Origin: an uncultured Nitrospinaceae bacterium
GTDB taxonomy: Bacteria; UBA8248
Assembly: GCA_964005815.1 (NCBI GenBank)
Contig: CAXFSR010000015.1
Coordinates: 1-10,788, forward strand
Length of the DNA stretch: 10,788 bases
Reading direction: 5' to 3'
The stretch's first letter is position 1, and each line of letters begins with the position of its first letter. Made by a program: the position numbers and the translations under genes. Below, in pieces: positions 7,319-10,788 of the stretch. Below the pieces are notes generated by a model, which ran no database searches, had not been told where the DNA came from, and saw only the letters and a list, made by a program, of their open reading frames with translations.

Positions 7319-8497
7319 ATGAAGGCAGAAAAATTAAAAAAATCGGTTCCCGATATCTTGAAGACATTTCTACCTGAGCTTTATCAATTATCGGATCTTA
7401 TTTTTCAGAATCCTGAAATTGCATATGAAGAAGTAAAAGCGTCAAACTGGTTATCGTCATTTTTAAAAGAAAATGGTTTCAATGTAAAACAAAATGTTGG
7501 AAACGTTAAAACTGCATTTAAAGCAGAAAAAAGCACAAAAAAGAAAGGTCCAAGTATTGCATTTATTAGTGAATACGACGCACTTCCTGAATTAGGTCAT
7601 GCATGTGGGCACAATATTATAGCTACCATGGGTGTGGGTGCTGCAGCTATTCTATCTTCCTTATCCAGCGAAATTCCTGGGAAAATTCTTTGTATAGGTA
7701 CCCCTGCAGAAGAGGGAGGAGGCGGAAAAATTAAACTCCTTAAAAAAGGAGTTTTCGATGATGTAGACGCAGCAATGATGATTCACCCCAGCGGAAAAAA
7801 CGAAATTTTTAGGCCAGCTCTCGCTAGAGTCAAAATCTTTTTTGATTTTTATGGGAAACCGACCCATGCGGCAGCTTCCCCAGAAAAAGGAATTAATGCT
7901 CTTGATGCCCTGGTTTCAACGTATCAAAATATCTCTTTACTTAGGCAACAGTTACCGGATGACGTACGAATCCATGGAATAATCACTAAGGGCGGTGATG
8001 CGTTAAATATAACCCCAGAACACACTCAACTTGTTTATCTTGTGAGAACCAAAAACAAGGATTTTCTTCCAGAACTCACTAAAAAAGTTATTGCATGCGC
8101 AAAAGGTGCTGCAATCTCGCATAATACAAAATTAAAATCACGGCTTGATCCACTTAAATATGACCCTTTAAAAAGAAATACTACAATGGAAACTCTTTTT
8201 GAAGGAAATCTCAAAACACTCGGAGAAAGTGTGGAAGAGAAAATATCCGATATTCCTGCCGGCAGTACAGATTTTGGAAATCTAAGCTACAAAATACCGG
8301 GTATACACCCCAGACTAAAAATGGTCGCGCCAAATATTTCTGCTCATACACCGGAATTTGAAAAAGCCAGCGGAGGAAAGGCAGGGAAAAAACTCATTGC
8401 ACTGGGAACTCAGTTGATGGCTATGACAGCGATAGATCTCATGACATCAAAAAAAAATATGAAAAAAGTACGGGAAGACTTTAAAAGACAAATTTAA
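7319..8497 (+). CDS. M20 family metallo-amidohydrolase/peptidase (PM20D2/Acy1L2/AbgB-like subgroup)
   Basis: NPEIAYEE, EYDALPELGHACGHN, GTPAEEGGGGK, MMIHP, HAAASPEKGINALDA, GSTDFGNLS, AHTPEF. Confidence 0.92.
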   Translation: MKAEKLKKSVPDILKTFLPELYQLSDLIFQNPEIAYEEVKASNWLSSFLKENGFNVKQNVGNVKTAFKAEKSTKKKGPSIAFISEYDALPELGHACGHNIIATMGVGAAAILSSLSSEIPGKILCIGTPAEEGGGGKIKLLKKGVFDDVDAAMMIHPSGKNEIFRPALARVKIFFDFYGKPTHAAASPEKGINALDALVSTYQNISLLRQQLPDDVRIHGIITKGGDALNITPEHTQLVYLVRTKNKDFLPELTKKVIACAKGAAISHNTKLKSRLDPLKYDPLKRNTTMETLFEGNLKTLGESVEEKISDIPAGSTDFGNLSYKIPGIHPRLKMVAPNISAHTPEFEKASGGKAGKKLIALGTQLMAMTAIDLMTSKKNMKKVREDFKRQI

Positions 8498-8515
8498 GAA
8501 TCTACAAAAGAAAAC

Positions 8516-10788
8516 TTAGAATCTACGCTTTCTCCTGGTACTACTTCTTCCAGTTTGTCCGGTAAACACTCTTAAATTGTGCGATACAGCCATATCTAAT
8601 ATTCTATATTGGCCTCTACAAATCTTTTGTAGTTTACTCTTTTTTTGCCAATCAAAATCTGTCCTTCTTCCAAGACCTGCTGCTTTTGACCATTGGATGA
8701 CTGTAGTCCCATTGAATTTTTTTAGAGAAGCCTCCCATGCAGCATCTTTAATTACATTTTGTTTTCTTCGGGCAATTTTATGGTTTTTAAAAACTGCATT
8801 CATCATTTTATTTGTTAATTTTTGAACTGATGTAACTTTTCGTTTATTGATTAAATTGGACTTTAGACACAAATCTAAGTAATGATGATTAAAATAAAAA
8901 CCTGCAAATAATTGCTCAACTGTTTCTCCATTAACATAGATTCTTTTCTCCTTTTTTCCACTTTTTTTGTAATAGGTGACGTGTCCGTGAAGTTTGTTAT
9001 TTTTAAATCGCCCTACGTATTTACTGCCATCGCTATAGTAATCGGTGCCTTGTCCGTGCTTAGAGTTGTTCTTCCAGCCACCAACGTATTTTCCGCCTTT
9101 GGGATAGTACATGGTACCTTGCCCATGAAAATTGCCATTCTTGAAACCACCAACGTATTTTCCGCCTTTTTTATAGTAATAGATCCCCTGACCATTCACC
9201 TCGCCGTTCTTAAATACGCCCATCAATTGGTTACCGTATACAGCGGCAATCATCTGAACTCCCACACAATTATTCCAAGATGCAGTCCTATCGGAAGGTA
9301 AGGGAGAACCTTTGCATTTTGGAAGACCAGTTGAAGACATCAATTTTTTTTCTTCTTCCGCCTTTTTCTTAACTCGTTCCATTTCTTCCTTTGAACCTAT
9401 AAATTTGCCCTTTGCAAAAAAACCTTTGAACTCTTTGATTTTCTTATTCGTCCTCATATCATGTTTAGTCCAGATTCCCTTCCCATGAAAAGTTCCATCC
9501 TTAAATTCACCTACATACGTAAGTGTCTTGTTACGTTTCAATATATAGAACCTAGTACCCTTACTTATTTTACCTTTCTTCCATATTCCTCCCTCTGTCG
9601 AACGAAGCACGGGTTTATGGGCAATCCCTACACAATTATCCCATTTTTTTAAAGTTAAAAAATCATCAGTATTAGACAAAGCGTAAGGAAGTGGTGACCC
9701 CTTGCAAACTGGAAGACCAGTAGAAGAAGCGTACTTCTTTTCTAGTTTTCCATCGTCCAACTTGCCATGAATCCAAATTTCTTTCTTCACTTTCCCATTT
9801 TTATTAGTATAAGTTCCTCTGCCATGTCTTTTTCCGTTTGTATATTGAACCACTAATCTGGCACCATTTTGATACATCAATGTTGCTTTTCCGTGCCTTT
9901 TTCCTTTCTTCCAATCACCCATATATCTGTTGCCAGAACTGTAAAACAGAATCCCTTTTCCATGCCTTTTTCCTTTCTTCCACATGCCCACGTATCTAGA
10001 ACCACTTCTAAAATTTAAGATCCCTATACAATCATTCCATCTTCTAGTTCCATAGTTAGCTGGGGATCCGTGGCATTTTGGAAGAGTAGAAGAGAGAAAT
10101 TTCTGTACTTCATTGAATCCTTTATTTGAACCTACAAATTTGTTAGCAACCCACTTCCCTTTGTCCACTTTGAGTATTTTTGTTTTCGCTTTGTCTTTGT
10201 AAATTGTCTTAATTCCCTTTCCGTGCTTTTCGCCGTTCTTCCATTCACCTCGATATTCGACAAGGTAAAACTTCCTGCTTCTCCGTGATCTCTGCATATA
10301 CATCACAGTCCCTACACATTTATTCCAATACTTCCCACCATTTATACCGCGACCGGGAGAATTTTTACATTTTGGTAAACTAGAAGAGAAATCGGTTTTC
10401 TTTTCTTCCGCCGAAGGCATAGGCCCTTCCCGGGAACTGCGGCCAGCGTACTTCCTTGTAGAATCCGGGCGTACCCGCTTTCCTTTAGAGACAAATCTCT
10501 TTTGTTTTTTTACTTCTTTACTCGGGTCTTGGAATCTTCCACTCACCCAGATACCTTTATCCAATTTGAAGATCCCGTTTGCTTTCACTTTGCCTTTGTA
10601 AATTGTCCTAATTCCCTTTCCGTGCCTTTCGCCGTTCTTCCATTCACCTCGATATTCGACAAGGTATACCCTTTTGCTTCTCGGTGATCTCTGCATATAC
10701 ATCACAGTGCCTACACATTTATTCCAATACTTCCCACCATTTATACCGCGACCGGGAGAATTTTTACATTTTGGTAAACTAGAAGAGA
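8516..10788 (-). CDS. 5'-truncated modular MORN-repeat protein with repeated two-Cys cap motifs and an unrecognised C-terminal domain
   Basis: Many 23-aa MORN units (e.g. YVGGFKNGNFHGQGTMYYPKGGK, YVGMWKKGKRHGKGILFYSSGNR). The frame stays open past 10705 to the window end (SSSLPKCKNSPGRGINGGKYWNKCVGT...), so the GTG at 10705 is an internal Val. Confidence 0.9.
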   Translation of the reverse strand, partial: SSSLPKCKNSPGRGINGGKYWNKCVGTVMYMQRSPRSKRVYLVEYRGEWKNGERHGKGIRTIYKGKVKANGIFKLDKGIWVSGRFQDPSKEVKKQKRFVSKGKRVRPDSTRKYAGRSSREGPMPSAEEKKTDFSSSLPKCKNSPGRGINGGKYWNKCVGTVMYMQRSRRSRKFYLVEYRGEWKNGEKHGKGIKTIYKDKAKTKILKVDKGKWVANKFVGSNKGFNEVQKFLSSTLPKCHGSPANYGTRRWNDCIGILNFRSGSRYVGMWKKGKRHGKGILFYSSGNRYMGDWKKGKRHGKATLMYQNGARLVVQYTNGKRHGRGTYTNKNGKVKKEIWIHGKLDDGKLEKKYASSTGLPVCKGSPLPYALSNTDDFLTLKKWDNCVGIAHKPVLRSTEGGIWKKGKISKGTRFYILKRNKTLTYVGEFKDGTFHGKGIWTKHDMRTNKKIKEFKGFFAKGKFIGSKEEMERVKKKAEEEKKLMSSTGLPKCKGSPLPSDRTASWNNCVGVQMIAAVYGNQLMGVFKNGEVNGQGIYYYKKGGKYVGGFKNGNFHGQGTMYYPKGGKYVGGWKNNSKHGQGTDYYSDGSKYVGRFKNNKLHGHVTYYKKSGKKEKRIYVNGETVEQLFAGFYFNHHYLDLCLKSNLINKRKVTSVQKLTNKMMNAVFKNHKIARRKQNVIKDAAWEASLKKFNGTTVIQWSKAAGLGRRTDFDWQKKSKLQKICRGQYRILDMAVSHNLRVFTGQTGRSSTRRKRRF
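9078..9169 (-). repeat. 69-bp-period nucleotide repeats of adjacent MORN units
   Basis: ccaccaacgtattttccgccttt occurs at 9078-9100 and 9147-9169. A second pair at 69-bp offset (cc[g/a]tgcctttttcctttcttcca) starts at about 9891 and 9960. Confidence 0.85.
10181..10788 (-). repeat. Intragenic direct repeat, 399-bp (133-codon) offset: 10181-10389 and 10580-10788
   Basis: Manual alignment gives 12 mismatches in 209 bp (~94% identity). The last 79 bp (10311-10389 vs 10710-10788) are identical. Weaker similarity with a one-codon indel continues about 40 bp further toward lower coordinates. Confidence 0.95.

Noticed and set aside
2252..7867. Short - strand ORFs (2252-2461, 2527-2721, 4432-4623, 4888-5076, 5000-5410, 5740-6015, 7661-7867)
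   Set aside because: Antisense shadows lying wholly inside well-supported genes, with no recognisable motifs.
8497..8526. 9-bp direct repeat agaatctac at the convergent gene junction as a target-site duplication
   Set aside because: The copies start only 21 nt apart with no element between them, so chance is likely. No terminator hairpin is visible here either.
8577..10687. ORFs overlapping the MORN gene (8577-8825, 8912-9301, 9013-9195, 9461-9652, 10502-10687)
   Set aside because: Shadow or alternate-frame ORFs. Their hydrophobicity and internal repeats simply mirror Lys codons and the 69-bp MORN period.
10181..10788. Repeat pair as a diversity-generating retroelement TR/VR
   Set aside because: Mismatches are not confined to adenines (there are C/G changes), both copies are in-frame parts of one gene, and no reverse transcriptase is present.

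Overview
AT-rich bacterial DNA with nine + strand genes followed by one convergent - strand gene. The window is probably a complete assembly contig, since both ends stop inside intragenic repeats. Left to right: (1) a 5'-truncated protein with acidic 12-aa tandem repeats, a Rho-N-terminal-like helical domain and a basic tail; (2) an ArsS-type (DUF3641) radical SAM enzyme; (3) a PlsY-like membrane protein with eroded catalytic motifs; (4) a probable two-domain dimeric alpha/beta-barrel protein; (5) a cupin; (6) an acidic hypothetical protein; (7-9) a Dpp/Opp-type ABC importer (binding protein plus two permeases, no ATPase gene); then an M20 amidohydrolase. On the - strand is a 5'-truncated, very basic MORN-repeat protein with five modules. 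Each module starts with a conserved two-cysteine cap, LPxCxxSP-(variable loop)-W[ND]xC[VI]G, and two modules derive from a recent duplication at 399-bp offset. I saw no RNA genes, CRISPR arrays or mobile elements. The best leads are the Cys-capped modular MORN protein and the arsS / degenerate plsY pair. Family assignments come from motif recognition by eye, not from database searches.
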